A stretch of DNA of 64,000 nucleotides, from the NCBI GenBank assembly GCA_020696385.1, contig JAEHCQ010000003.1, positions 185,674-249,673 of the forward strand, written 5' to 3'. The notes below the pieces were generated by a model. It had not been told where the DNA came from, did not search any database, and saw only the letters and a list, made by a program, of their open reading frames with translations. The position numbers and the translations under genes were made by a program. This document shows positions 9,601-17,820 of the stretch, piece after piece (within the stretch, counting starts at the first letter, position 1; every line of letters begins with the position of its first letter). The DNA is from Methanobacteriota archaeon. GTDB lineage: Archaea; Thermoplasmatota; Thermoplasmata; SG8-5; JAGLSY01.

Positions 9601-12473
9601 ACCAGACCAAGACAACAGGTGCAGATGGAAAAGTATTGTTCAGAACTCTCAGTGATATAATCAATCACACAATACACCAGAGCTCGGCATCTGTTAGCAG
9701 TTACAAGTTGACCTCTTCATTCCTGACATTCCAGAACCACATAAACATAACTTTGCCATCATATCCCGACATGACAAGCGGCTCGAATTACATAGATAAC
9801 CTTGTCATCAAAATGAGTGATGTCAGACCAGATCTTGACCCACCATTATGGGCATCTGCTACGACCATCGGAAAGGATGAGGCCGTGATGATATGGACAA
9901 ATGTCTCGAACATGGGAGATGTGGATGCTCACGACGTCGTAGTCCGATTTGCAGATGAGACCAATAGTTACGTTCTTGAGGATGTACCTATTGCATTGCT
10001 TGAGGCAGGCACATACCAGTGGGTGTACATCAACTACACATGGCCTTTGATATCAGATATCGGAGAGCACCTGGTGAACGTGACCGTGGATTGGAACAAT
10101 AATATTATAGAACAGAATGAGACAAACAATTACAATTCCACCTTGATACATGTTATTGGAAGACCAGACTTATCAATAACAGATGATAGTATTGTGATAT
10201 ACAATAACAATGATGACATGGTGATCAACTATCCAGTGAACATCGGCGTCACAGTTGACAATACGGGAGACATCGACATCAGCAATGTAAGTGTTCGTAT
10301 TTACGATTCTGAAACAAATGGAACTCTCATAGGAGAAACTAATATTGCCACCGTACCATTTGATCAATCTAGTGCGGTCTTCATAGAATGGATCCCATCA
10401 GTTGTTGGGGATTATGATCTGTTCGTTGTCATTGATGAGAATAATACGATCTTCGAAATTCATGAAGATAACAATACAGCAGGAATGAATGTCACAGTTG
10501 TGGATTATTCGGATCTGTATGTTTCACAGATAGTCTTCAAAGAACAAAATGGAAATGAAGTAGATGAAGTTGATAACAGAACATACGTGGATGTATGTGC
10601 TCAGATAATCAATGCAGGTGAGACGCGTAATATAGGAACTGTTCAATTCAATGATCATTACGGCAATGAATTCGCTTCCTTTGAACTGCCTTATATGAAT
10701 CCAGGAGATATCATATGGGCCAATGAAACCTGGTTCGCATCAGAAGACCTGGAAGGCGACTCAATTATCAGGAACGTCGAGGTGTGGGTGACAACCTACT
10801 ACACGATGATCGAGAATCCTGTAGGAGACAATAGCCTTGTAGAACCTATAACCATCATTGATACACGCGCGGATCTTACCGCCACGGCAGATGATGTCAA
10901 TGTAACAACAGAGAACATAATCGAAGCCAATAACTTCGGTGTCAATGTCACTGTTTACAATGATGGGATCGATACAGCTATTAATTTCACTGTCGAGATA
11001 TTCTATGATGAGATGGTCGATGGTAATCTCATCGGCAGCATGTTGGTCGATAGCCTTGTAGGAAACGATATGACAAGTATGGACATAACCTGCTCCGGTA
11101 TACCAACAGAAGGCGAGCATTACCTTCTCATATCCATTGACAGAGATGTGATAATTGGTGATAACTTCACCGTGAACGGAATGGACTACAACATAACAGG
11201 TAATGTTGAAGAGTTCGACGAGATGAACAATGATCTTATCAATGTCACAGTAGATGTCGAAGCACCTGATTATCAGATCCTCCTCAACTCACCATCGGTT
11301 CTGCAGAACTATACATTGGGTGTGGAGAACAATACATTTGTAACAGGAAGGCTGACCAAGGTCATTGGCGGCCAGGGTGTAGCTGGAATAACAATAACGA
11401 TTCAGCTTGACAGCAATACCGTGACAACAGTAACAGATGCAAGCGGTAACTTCGCAGCACCAATTGACCTTCCAACATCAGTGGGACAGTACACGATAGT
11501 GGCAAGCGCGGAGAACTCAGTTGATACATCCGTCCTTATAAATCTGAATGAGGAAGGCGGCATAGATCCAGTCCTTATCATGATCATAGTTATCATTATC
11601 ATAGCTGCGGTCATAATAGGTATAACACTTTACTTCAAATTCGTGGGTCTTGGTAAGACCGTGGAATGTGGAGAGTGTGGTGCTTTCATACCGGAATCAG
11701 CTGCAAAGTGTCCAAAGTGTAATACCGAGTTCGAATCAGACACAGCAAAGTGCAGTGTTTGTGGTGCATGGGTACCAATGAACAGCAAGGCATGCCCAGA
11801 ATGTAACTCAGAGTTCACCATCGGAGACGAGGAGATCGATGATTACAAGGCCCAAATGCAGAAACAATATGATGAGGTCGTCAATGGCTTCAGAACAGAA
11901 GCCAAGAAAGAACTTGGTAGTACATTCTCAGAAGATGACTTCCAGGCCTGGTGGGCGACACAGGCAACCTTCATAACCTTCGACCAGTGGCTCAAGGAAG
12001 ACGAGGAGATGAAACGCCTCGGATCCAAGCCCTGCCCGAACTGTACAACACCGAACAGCATAACAGCAACCATCTGCCACAAGTGCGGAACTGTTATGGC
12101 CGAAGAGAAGAAGGTAGCTCCAGTTGCAGCTGCTCCAGTGGCTGTGAAGAAAGCAGCAACACAGGAAAAGGTAGCACCAACACCAGTTGCAGCAGCACCT
12201 GTTGAGGATGCACCTGCTCCCGAACCAGCAGCCGAAGAAAATCCAGCAGGAGATGAGAAAAAGAAATGCCCATCCTGTGGTATGGAACTTGGAGCACATG
12301 AAAAGGCCTGTCCAATATGCGCCTATGAATTCGACAAGGGTGAAGAGAAGCCCCCAGAAGGTGGCAGTCCACCAGCGGGCGGAGCTGCACCCACCAAGAA
12401 GGTCGTTAGAAAACCAGTCAAGAAGGTTGTAAGAAGACCAGTACAGAAGACTGGTGGCGAAGGGCAGCAGTGA
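6672..12473 (+). CDS. Multi-CARDB surface protein with TM helix and cytoplasmic zinc ribbons
   Basis: Signal peptide; repeated PDL..CARDB units (IDYNNSIIEEEELNN, VDPSNNIPEFYEDNN, VDWNNNIIEQNETNN); TM; four CxxC..CxxC ribbons; Ala/Pro/Lys-rich tail. Confidence 0.8.
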   Translation: MMRRGTNNSVNFAGKCMSIIIVWCMVLSGFMGLFMVNVGTASQINPNTISVDLIVDSGDFVIESFPGDPWIYDLDGNLTISGANSLILKNSTLNILQLGAYSLDVSVGGTIEMINSTITTEDLQYIDASFITNSNLIMDDNSALLFPGNLSFDASSVDIKNSQIISPAIYFDTCTDVSIADSEIEVPANANGSFNLDNTEMSIINTDINLDYTTDNSTNHQMNLTAGSFVYAYNMTVGDLTESIFIFDDAVSEVYYYKWADFSVVDSNNNPIDGAEVSYDFHHTDAAAITYVDSMNDLALAPHANADARMIDYLNSMSPDIITSANYDETNSDGMAMIPLFTTLHSQAEQAIDVDGHHYGEYDADITYMAATGSTYVDFSPYPNIEWMDNTVETPPVQLTAITLVRPDLTLATSDITFTPATGIMIGDSVEINVTIENVEITNALDVFVQVFDYDDVSGIPTEIYNTTIPSIPGNGDVYFLVDWNNIQVGGWHDIMVVIDYNNSIIEEEELNNTAIASIYITPDLPELSIETANIGFSQENISFDNEITISARVLNNGTLNWTIVIVSFYEDNPDMNGDGILDIDAGDNFIASSVIGIIEPNILVETSVPWTPSVDGTYTVYVWVDPSNNIPEFYEDNNLASRDVIITPKPNPTITNLGFDDETPMTGQTVVISLDLINTGNIDATGNITVEFFDYDLNGVLIGQIGTAHMKRDLNMSETFLIQQNWIPVNINYHTIEVIITSDADVDEGDLTDNEFYIDILVYDGGVFDLIVNDALPPLSAGDLEIIGHYGQDGYVLVEENGILTIDASTFDMKLERSYQYNIIVKDNGTLNIMDTIFWTQNNFMDLHIMDNAVVNVAGTSLPDQLNIIAGDSSQITFHNSQVRGVFSVPDSDANVSLVVENCTFSKPITQFGGTSVAHLTALTMAIPSIQAQDTADIKIYRWLEVEVIDVNDYPIPGAMVDLDYQVGNALQPGLHQTKTTGADGKVLFRTLSDIINHTIHQSSASVSSYKLTSSFLTFQNHINITLPSYPDMTSGSNYIDNLVIKMSDVRPDLDPPLWASATTIGKDEAVMIWTNVSNMGDVDAHDVVVRFADETNSYVLEDVPIALLEAGTYQWVYINYTWPLISDIGEHLVNVTVDWNNNIIEQNETNNYNSTLIHVIGRPDLSITDDSIVIYNNNDDMVINYPVNIGVTVDNTGDIDISNVSVRIYDSETNGTLIGETNIATVPFDQSSAVFIEWIPSVVGDYDLFVVIDENNTIFEIHEDNNTAGMNVTVVDYSDLYVSQIVFKEQNGNEVDEVDNRTYVDVCAQIINAGETRNIGTVQFNDHYGNEFASFELPYMNPGDIIWANETWFASEDLEGDSIIRNVEVWVTTYYTMIENPVGDNSLVEPITIIDTRADLTATADDVNVTTENIIEANNFGVNVTVYNDGIDTAINFTVEIFYDEMVDGNLIGSMLVDSLVGNDMTSMDITCSGIPTEGEHYLLISIDRDVIIGDNFTVNGMDYNITGNVEEFDEMNNDLINVTVDVEAPDYQILLNSPSVLQNYTLGVENNTFVTGRLTKVIGGQGVAGITITIQLDSNTVTTVTDASGNFAAPIDLPTSVGQYTIVASAENSVDTSVLINLNEEGGIDPVLIMIIVIIIIAAVIIGITLYFKFVGLGKTVECGECGAFIPESAAKCPKCNTEFESDTAKCSVCGAWVPMNSKACPECNSEFTIGDEEIDDYKAQMQKQYDEVVNGFRTEAKKELGSTFSEDDFQAWWATQATFITFDQWLKEDEEMKRLGSKPCPNCTTPNSITATICHKCGTVMAEEKKVAPVAAAPVAVKKAATQEKVAPTPVAAAPVEDAPAPEPAAEENPAGDEKKKCPSCGMELGAHEKACPICAYEFDKGEEKPPEGGSPPAGGAAPTKKVVRKPVKKVVRRPVQKTGGEGQQ

Positions 12474-12481
12474 TCAAGAAT

Positions 12482-12519
12482 AAGGAGGGCTCTTACGAAC
12501 CCTCCTTACTTTCCTTTAT
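12482..12519 (+). terminator. Hairpin terminator
   Basis: aaggaggg...ccctcctt inverted repeat followed by a T-rich tract, just after the stop codon. Confidence 0.55.
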
Positions 12520-12553
12520 TGGAACATGAAAATTATATTCACACGGTGATACC

Positions 12554-12961
12554 ATGTCAGAGAGAAAAATTAGAATATTGATCGCAAAACCAGGGCTGGA
12601 TGGCCATGATAGAGGCGCCAAAATTGTGGCTCGGGCTTTGAGAGATGCTGGATTCGAGGTCATCTACACGGGCTTGCATCAAACACCGGAACAGATCGTG
12701 GAGACTGCCATACAGGAAGATGTGGATGCCATCGGGCTCAGTTGCTTATCAGGAGCGCACATGACCCTGTTTCCCAAAGTGACCAGATTATTGAAGGAAA
12801 GAGGTATAGATGATATACTGGTGACCGGAGGAGGAATTGTCCCCGAGGAAGATATTCCAAAGCTCAAAGAAGCAGGTATCGATCAGGTCTTTGGGCCGGG
12901 TACTCCTTTGCAGGATATCATAGATTATCACAAAGATAATTGCAACAGTAACAGGAAGTAA
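12554..12961 (+). CDS. Cobalamin-binding subunit of an acyl-CoA mutase (methylmalonyl-CoA mutase C-terminal domain)
   Basis: B12-binding DxHxxG motif (GLDGHDRG), SCLSGAH, GGG; adjacent to meaB. Confidence 0.92.
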   Translation: MSERKIRILIAKPGLDGHDRGAKIVARALRDAGFEVIYTGLHQTPEQIVETAIQEDVDAIGLSCLSGAHMTLFPKVTRLLKERGIDDILVTGGGIVPEEDIPKLKEAGIDQVFGPGTPLQDIIDYHKDNCNSNRK

Positions 12962-12965
12962 TTCA

Positions 12966-13910
12966 ATGGACCTCGCAGAAAGAGTTCTGTCCGGTGATAA
13001 GAGGGGCGTTGCAAGACTTATAAGCCTCATCGAGTCAGAGGATGATGAGGCGTATGTTCAACTTGGAAAGTTACATTCTCACACAGGCAATGCTCATATA
13101 ATCGGTATTACCGGGCCACCCGGTTCGGGAAAGAGCACCATTGTGGATAAATTGGCCAAGGCCTACAGAGAGATAGGCAAGACAGTGGGAATTGTCGCTG
13201 TAGATCCAACAAGCCCTTTCACAGGAGGAGCGATCCTGGGAGATCGGATCAGGATGACCGACCTCACATTGGATCCTGGGGTATTCATAAGAAGCATGGG
13301 AACACGTGGACATCTTGGTGGGCTTTCAAGAGCCGCATCCGGGGCTGTCAGGGTGCTAGATGCCTTCGGAATGGATATCATCATTCTGGAAACAGTGGGA
13401 GCTGGTCAATCCGAAGTTGAAATTGTTAGTCATGCTCACACAACTATCATAGTCGAAATGCCAGGTCTGGGGGATGAGATACAGACCATCAAGGCAGGCA
13501 TCATGGAGATCGGAGATATCTTTATCATAAACAAGGCCGACAGGGAAGGAGCGGACAAAACATCGATGGAGATACAGGCGATGTTGGGTCTGAACCCGAA
13601 CAAACCTGAATGGGTGCCGCCTATAATTCAAACGATCGCCAGAAAAGGAAAAGGCGTGGATGCGGTTGTCGAAAAAATAGAAGACCACTATAAATATCTG
13701 AAGGATAGTGGGATGTTCGAGAAGATGATCGAGCAGGGAATAAGAGAGGAACTTGATATTCAGATAAAAAGTCAGCTCGGAAGAATTATAAAAAATAATA
13801 TCGATGATAAAACTCTGGAAAAACTTGTAAAAGATATCATCGACAAAAATATCGACCCTTACTCTGCCGCGAAATTTGTACTAAAGGACATTGAAGATAT
13901 ATTGAATTAA
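12966..13910 (+). CDS. meaB: Methylmalonyl-CoA mutase-associated GTPase MeaB/ArgK
   Basis: GITGPPGSGKST, AVDPTSPFTGGAILGDRIRM, ETVGAGQSE, INKAD. Confidence 0.93.
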   Translation: MDLAERVLSGDKRGVARLISLIESEDDEAYVQLGKLHSHTGNAHIIGITGPPGSGKSTIVDKLAKAYREIGKTVGIVAVDPTSPFTGGAILGDRIRMTDLTLDPGVFIRSMGTRGHLGGLSRAASGAVRVLDAFGMDIIILETVGAGQSEVEIVSHAHTTIIVEMPGLGDEIQTIKAGIMEIGDIFIINKADREGADKTSMEIQAMLGLNPNKPEWVPPIIQTIARKGKGVDAVVEKIEDHYKYLKDSGMFEKMIEQGIREELDIQIKSQLGRIIKNNIDDKTLEKLVKDIIDKNIDPYSAAKFVLKDIEDILN

Positions 13911-13961
13911 CTGAGCGGCCTTAGTTTTCTATAGTATACATTACAAATTCAAGATGTGAAA

Positions 13962-14004
13962 AATTATTTCTTATATTTTCACAGATCTTTATGAAGTTCT
14001 TGAA
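13962..14004 (-). repeat. Degenerate third copy of the guaAA 3' end
   Basis: Reverse strand reads FKNFIKIC, then a 1-nt-deleted xKYKK-stop. Confidence 0.75.
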
Positions 14005-14008
14005 GGTT

Positions 14009-14070
14009 CATGTCAATTATTTCTTGTACTTAGCGCAGATCTTAATGAAGTTTTTAAAAATGTCTTCACC
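14009..14070 (-). repeat. 62-bp orphan copy of the guaAA 3' end (matches 14274-14335)
   Basis: Encodes GEDIFKNFIKICAKYKK*, identical to the gene C-terminus; 6 synonymous and 1 non-coding difference. Confidence 0.92.
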
Positions 14071-14273
14071 ACCACTTTTTTCTTTAAACCTCGCTGTGCT
14101 GTATCGGGCTCCAAAGAAAAAAGACGGACAAATCGAATCAAGCCAGTCGGCTTGATCAAAATAAATGCGTAGGCTCCATAGGTAAAGTCGCATTTAAAAA
14201 AGAAACTCGCCCAAGCTCGATTTATCGAGATTGTGAAAGCTCAGCTTTGCTGAGATTCAGCCTGCTCGCTCGG
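14071..14273 (-). repeat. Structured intergenic repeat element, copy 1 (MITE/REP-like or ncRNA)
   Basis: Shares three ordered blocks with 34477-34640 in the opposite orientation; several internal hairpins. Confidence 0.7.
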
Positions 14274-14281
14274 CATGTTAA

Positions 14282-14854
14282 TTATTTCTTGTACTTAGCA
14301 CAGATCTTAATGAAATTTTTGAATATATCCTCACCGTACTCTGTATGTTCAACTTCGGGATGGAACTGCACACCGTAAAATGGTTTTTCTTTGTGCGCGA
14401 AGGCTTGGTGCGCACAATCTTTTGAATGCGCGAAGTTCTTGAATGTGTCCGGCATGATCTTGACCTCATCATTGTGAGATTCCCAAACCTGGAAAGGTGA
14501 TATCACACCCTCGAACAATTCATTTTCCTCTTCGATGATGACGGATGTCTTACCGAACTCGGGAACAGTCGCGGGTCCTGCGGTTCCACCGTAATATAGT
14601 GCCATGAACTGCGCGCCGACACAGATCCCCATGATAGGAAACTCTGCTTTGTCAAGGTAGTCCCCACTATTTCCCAGCATCAATGCTTCTTCACCAATTC
14701 TTGGAGCACCGCCGGATAGAATTAGACCATCTACATCCAGGTCCTCAAATGGTGTAGTATTCGGGATTATCTCTGTTTCCACATCGAGGTATTTCAAAAC
14801 TCGCCATTCTCTATGTGTCCACTGTCCGCCATTGTCTACAACGAAGATCTTCAT
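14282..14854 (-). CDS. guaAA: GMP synthase glutamine amidotransferase subunit A
   Basis: VVDNGGQWTH, GICVGAQ (catalytic Cys), QFHPEVEHT. Confidence 0.95.
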   Translation of the reverse strand: MKIFVVDNGGQWTHREWRVLKYLDVETEIIPNTTPFEDLDVDGLILSGGAPRIGEEALMLGNSGDYLDKAEFPIMGICVGAQFMALYYGGTAGPATVPEFGKTSVIIEEENELFEGVISPFQVWESHNDEVKIMPDTFKNFAHSKDCAHQAFAHKEKPFYGVQFHPEVEHTEYGEDIFKNFIKICAKYKK

Positions 14855-14934
14855 TGACAGGGTGATAGAAAGAAAGGATAAAATGATTGTGGATTTATCC
14901 TAGCATTGTGCTTAATTGATTTGCAGAGGACGGA

Positions 14935-15888
14935 TCATTCCCATTCGATAGTTCCAGGTGGTTTGTTCGTGATATCATATACCACACGGTTGATCTTATC
15001 CGGCATGGTATTGGTTATCCTGATAGATATCTTCTCCAGAACTTCATGTGGAATCTTGGAATAAGCCGCGGTCATGCCATCAATGGATTGGACAGCCCTA
15101 ACGCAAACAGTATATCCATAGGCCCGTACATCGCCCTGAACTCCAACTGTCTGAATCGGGGTCAATACTGCGAAGTACTGCCATGGAAGCTCCATCTTTC
15201 CCTCTTTCGCCGCAAGCTCCAGCTCTTCCTCAACAATGAAGCATGCTTCTCTGACGATCTCTGCTTTTTCCAATGTTGGTTCACCAATGATCCTGATAGC
15301 GAGACCAGGTCCTGGGAAGGGTTGCTTCTCAGATATTGAAATACCGAGATATCTTCCAACCTTTCTTACCTCATCCTTGTACAGATCCCTAAGAGGTTCG
15401 ACAAGCTTCAGGTTCATGTCCTTAGGCAATGCGCCGACATTATGATGGGATTTGATGACATCCCTGAGGTCACCACCGCTCTCGATCCAGTCCGGTGCTA
15501 TTGTGCCCTGAACCAGATATTTCGCATCGATGTCCTTCGCATATCGGTCAAATATACGAATGAAAGTGTGGCCGATAGCCTTCCTTTTGGCCTCTGGCTC
15601 GACAGCTCCCTCCAATTCTTTGGAGAATTCCTCAGCGGCCTCGGCCACCTGGAGGTTGACTCCCATATCACGCAGAAGTTCAGCAACTTCTTTGGATTCG
15701 TTCTTCCTCATGTAACCAGTATCAACATGCACACCGTATAATCGGTCACCAATAGCACGCGCCACAAGTACCGCGGCCACAGTGCTGTCCACTCCTCCAG
15801 AGCAGGCGATTATGGCAGTGCCGTCTATATCGGTCTTCAATTTCTCTATTGATTCATTGACGAACTTCTCAGGATCGAACATATACAT
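14935..15888 (-). CDS. guaAB: GMP synthase subunit B (ATP pyrophosphatase)
   Basis: SGGVDS, QGTIAPD, IKSHHNVG, QPFPGPGLAIR, KPPGTIEWE. Confidence 0.96.
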   Translation of the reverse strand: MYMFDPEKFVNESIEKLKTDIDGTAIIACSGGVDSTVAAVLVARAIGDRLYGVHVDTGYMRKNESKEVAELLRDMGVNLQVAEAAEEFSKELEGAVEPEAKRKAIGHTFIRIFDRYAKDIDAKYLVQGTIAPDWIESGGDLRDVIKSHHNVGALPKDMNLKLVEPLRDLYKDEVRKVGRYLGISISEKQPFPGPGLAIRIIGEPTLEKAEIVREACFIVEEELELAAKEGKMELPWQYFAVLTPIQTVGVQGDVRAYGYTVCVRAVQSIDGMTAAYSKIPHEVLEKISIRITNTMPDKINRVVYDITNKPPGTIEWE

Positions 15889-16359
15889 CTACTCCTCGTA
15901 TGATTCTGCATCGGACCTTACTTTTTTCTCCTGCGAGATTCGATGATCCTTCAGCTTCTGTGCCAATTGTGGATCGGATAATGCGAGTATCTCCGCTGCG
16001 AGCAAAGCTGCATTGTCACCACGATCAAGGCCAACACCACCCACGGGAATTCCCGGGGGCATCTGCACTATGGCCAAAATAGAGTCGAGGTTGACCTTGC
16101 CACTTACCGGCACTCCGATAACTGGCTTGATAGTATGAGCTGCCACGGCTCCAGGCAATGCGGCAGCCAGTCCGGCGATGGTTATGAAGACCTTCGCATC
16201 CGAACCCTCAACAAGACTTTCCACCAATTTTGGAGTCCTGTGAGCTGATGCCACAGTTAATTTATGGGGTATACCCAGATCCTTCAGGACGGCAGTGGCC
16301 TTCTTGCCTACTGATTCGTCGCTCTTGCTTCCCATTATGATCAGAACATCTACTGTCAT
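15889..16359 (-). CDS. purE: N5-CAIR mutase / AIR carboxylase
   Basis: IMGSKSD, VASAHRTP, AGLAAALPG, QMPPGIPV. Confidence 0.95.
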   Translation of the reverse strand: MTVDVLIIMGSKSDESVGKKATAVLKDLGIPHKLTVASAHRTPKLVESLVEGSDAKVFITIAGLAAALPGAVAAHTIKPVIGVPVSGKVNLDSILAIVQMPPGIPVGGVGLDRGDNAALLAAEILALSDPQLAQKLKDHRISQEKKVRSDAESYEE

Positions 16360-16413
16360 TGAGAAGGTGAAACCTGAAGGTTATGATAAATGTTACGTGT
16401 CGGAAATTCCTAT

Positions 16414-16737
16414 TCAGGATTTCATTATTGAAAGCAAGAATATACCGACAGCTGCAAGAGCTCCAAGGGCTGCGGCTGCAATCACATATATAGATTGCTT
16501 GATCAGATCCACAAATGCTGTATCAATTGGCAGCATTGGCTCACCCATGAACCACGTTGATAAAATGACCCATATAATGCCCAGTACAAGGCCGGCTATC
16601 ATCAAGCCTGCTCCAATCTTCCTGCTCTTTCCGCTACCAAAATATGTTGTGAAAACACCTGCAACTGCAAGAAACAATGCAAATGTCAACATGAATATTG
16701 TTGCGAACTGCTCTAAAGTTATATCCATCCCATTCAC
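16414..16737 (-). CDS. Small 3-TM membrane protein
   Basis: Three hydrophobic helices; GAGGTGA RBS; directly downstream of the Lrp-domain gene. Confidence 0.7.
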   Translation of the reverse strand: MNGMDITLEQFATIFMLTFALFLAVAGVFTTYFGSGKSRKIGAGLMIAGLVLGIIWVILSTWFMGEPMLPIDTAFVDLIKQSIYVIAAAALGALAAVGIFLLSIMKS

Positions 16738-16744
16738 CTCAGAT

Positions 16745-16978
16745 TTAGAATTTGATTCCGGTTAATGTTTTAGTGTCAATGACTCCTGGTATGCTCCTTA
16801 TCCTATCTACAACAACCTGGCCAAGTACATTGAAATCATCAGCCTGTATCTTAGCAATGAGATCATATTCTCCAAATAAAGGATGGAGTTCGACTATCTC
16901 CTTGACCTTAACTAGTTCATTGTACACTTCATGCTCCTTTGCTGGAGCCGTGGATATCAGAACAAAACCTACAGCCAT
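16745..16978 (-). CDS. Stand-alone Lrp/AsnC ligand-binding (RAM) domain protein
   Basis: LFGEYDLIAKI...IRSIPGVIDTKTL signature; no HTH. Confidence 0.88.
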   Translation of the reverse strand: MAVGFVLISTAPAKEHEVYNELVKVKEIVELHPLFGEYDLIAKIQADDFNVLGQVVVDRIRSIPGVIDTKTLTGIKF

Positions 16979-17077
16979 GTATTCACCTATTAATGATAAT
17001 AAGATTATGTCCTATAAAGGTTTCTCTTTTTTTACCTCCAATCAAATTATGATGATCGTTTATGGTATCATGACATT

Positions 17078-17665
17078 TCATAGTATCAAATAAAGGAAAT
17101 ATATGACGAACAATGGAACCACCATCATAAGAAAATCATCATCCACATATTTCACACTGGGCTTCTCAACAGCTATAGCCACACCGGCTCCAACGATCGC
17201 AAGGACCGCCATGGTGGATACGGCCATATCATATCCAAGGGGTTCGGAGAAAAACAGGAAGCTGAAGAAAGTGATGAGGAAGTATACCAGTAGCGGAATA
17301 TATGGATAGCCTTTCATATTCCGTCTTTTCATCTCACCTATCAGAGGGTCGGTCCAGCCGATACCTGTTATTGCGGGTATCACAAAGAGCAATGGGAAGA
17401 ACATGAAGGCGATGAAGACACCTATGGAAGCCCACCCATAAGCAGACAGTTGGTTTGCTTCATATTCCCTCATTCCGAAATATACTTTTTTTCTCCTGAG
17501 ACGGTTGACCTCGTGGAACATTATCATAGCAAATACAAGGATAAGGAGATTCTGCCTTCCAAAGCCAAAAAAATCCTCAGGAAATAGATAATATATAAAA
17601 ACAAAAGGAGCAAATAGGTGGAATACTCTTCTGGCTATGTGACCATTGTTCTTCTTGAGGTCCAT
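17078..17665 (-). CDS. Dolichol/phytol kinase-like (cytidylyltransferase-family) membrane protein
   Basis: RRVFH, REYE, DPL..E and DDD motifs in a multi-TM protein. Confidence 0.7.
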   Translation of the reverse strand: MDLKKNNGHIARRVFHLFAPFVFIYYLFPEDFFGFGRQNLLILVFAMIMFHEVNRLRRKKVYFGMREYEANQLSAYGWASIGVFIAFMFFPLLFVIPAITGIGWTDPLIGEMKRRNMKGYPYIPLLVYFLITFFSFLFFSEPLGYDMAVSTMAVLAIVGAGVAIAVEKPSVKYVDDDFLMMVVPLFVIYFLYLIL

Positions 17666-17736
17666 GCTACAGTATATGAATATGATACAAATATGATTCT
17701 GTCAATATTCATCTATAATATGTATCTAAAATAGTA

Positions 17737-17763
17737 TAATATGTGTAATATGTGTAGTATGTG
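17737..17763. repeat. 9-bp tandem repeat x3 (TARTATGTG)
   Basis: taatatgtg taatatgtg tagtatgtg in an AT-rich intergenic region. Confidence 0.6.
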
Positions 17764-17820
17764 TAATTATAATAGAATATATACATTATAATAACATATA
17801 AAGAAGGAAAGACATTCGTA

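Noticed and set aside
12554-13910. B12-binding subunit and meaB without a mutase large subunit
   Set aside because: Split mutases with the substrate-binding subunit encoded elsewhere are common in archaea.
13962-14335. guaAA repeats as a DGR template/variable pair
   Set aside because: Differences are not adenine-specific, are synonymous, and no reverse transcriptase is present in the window.
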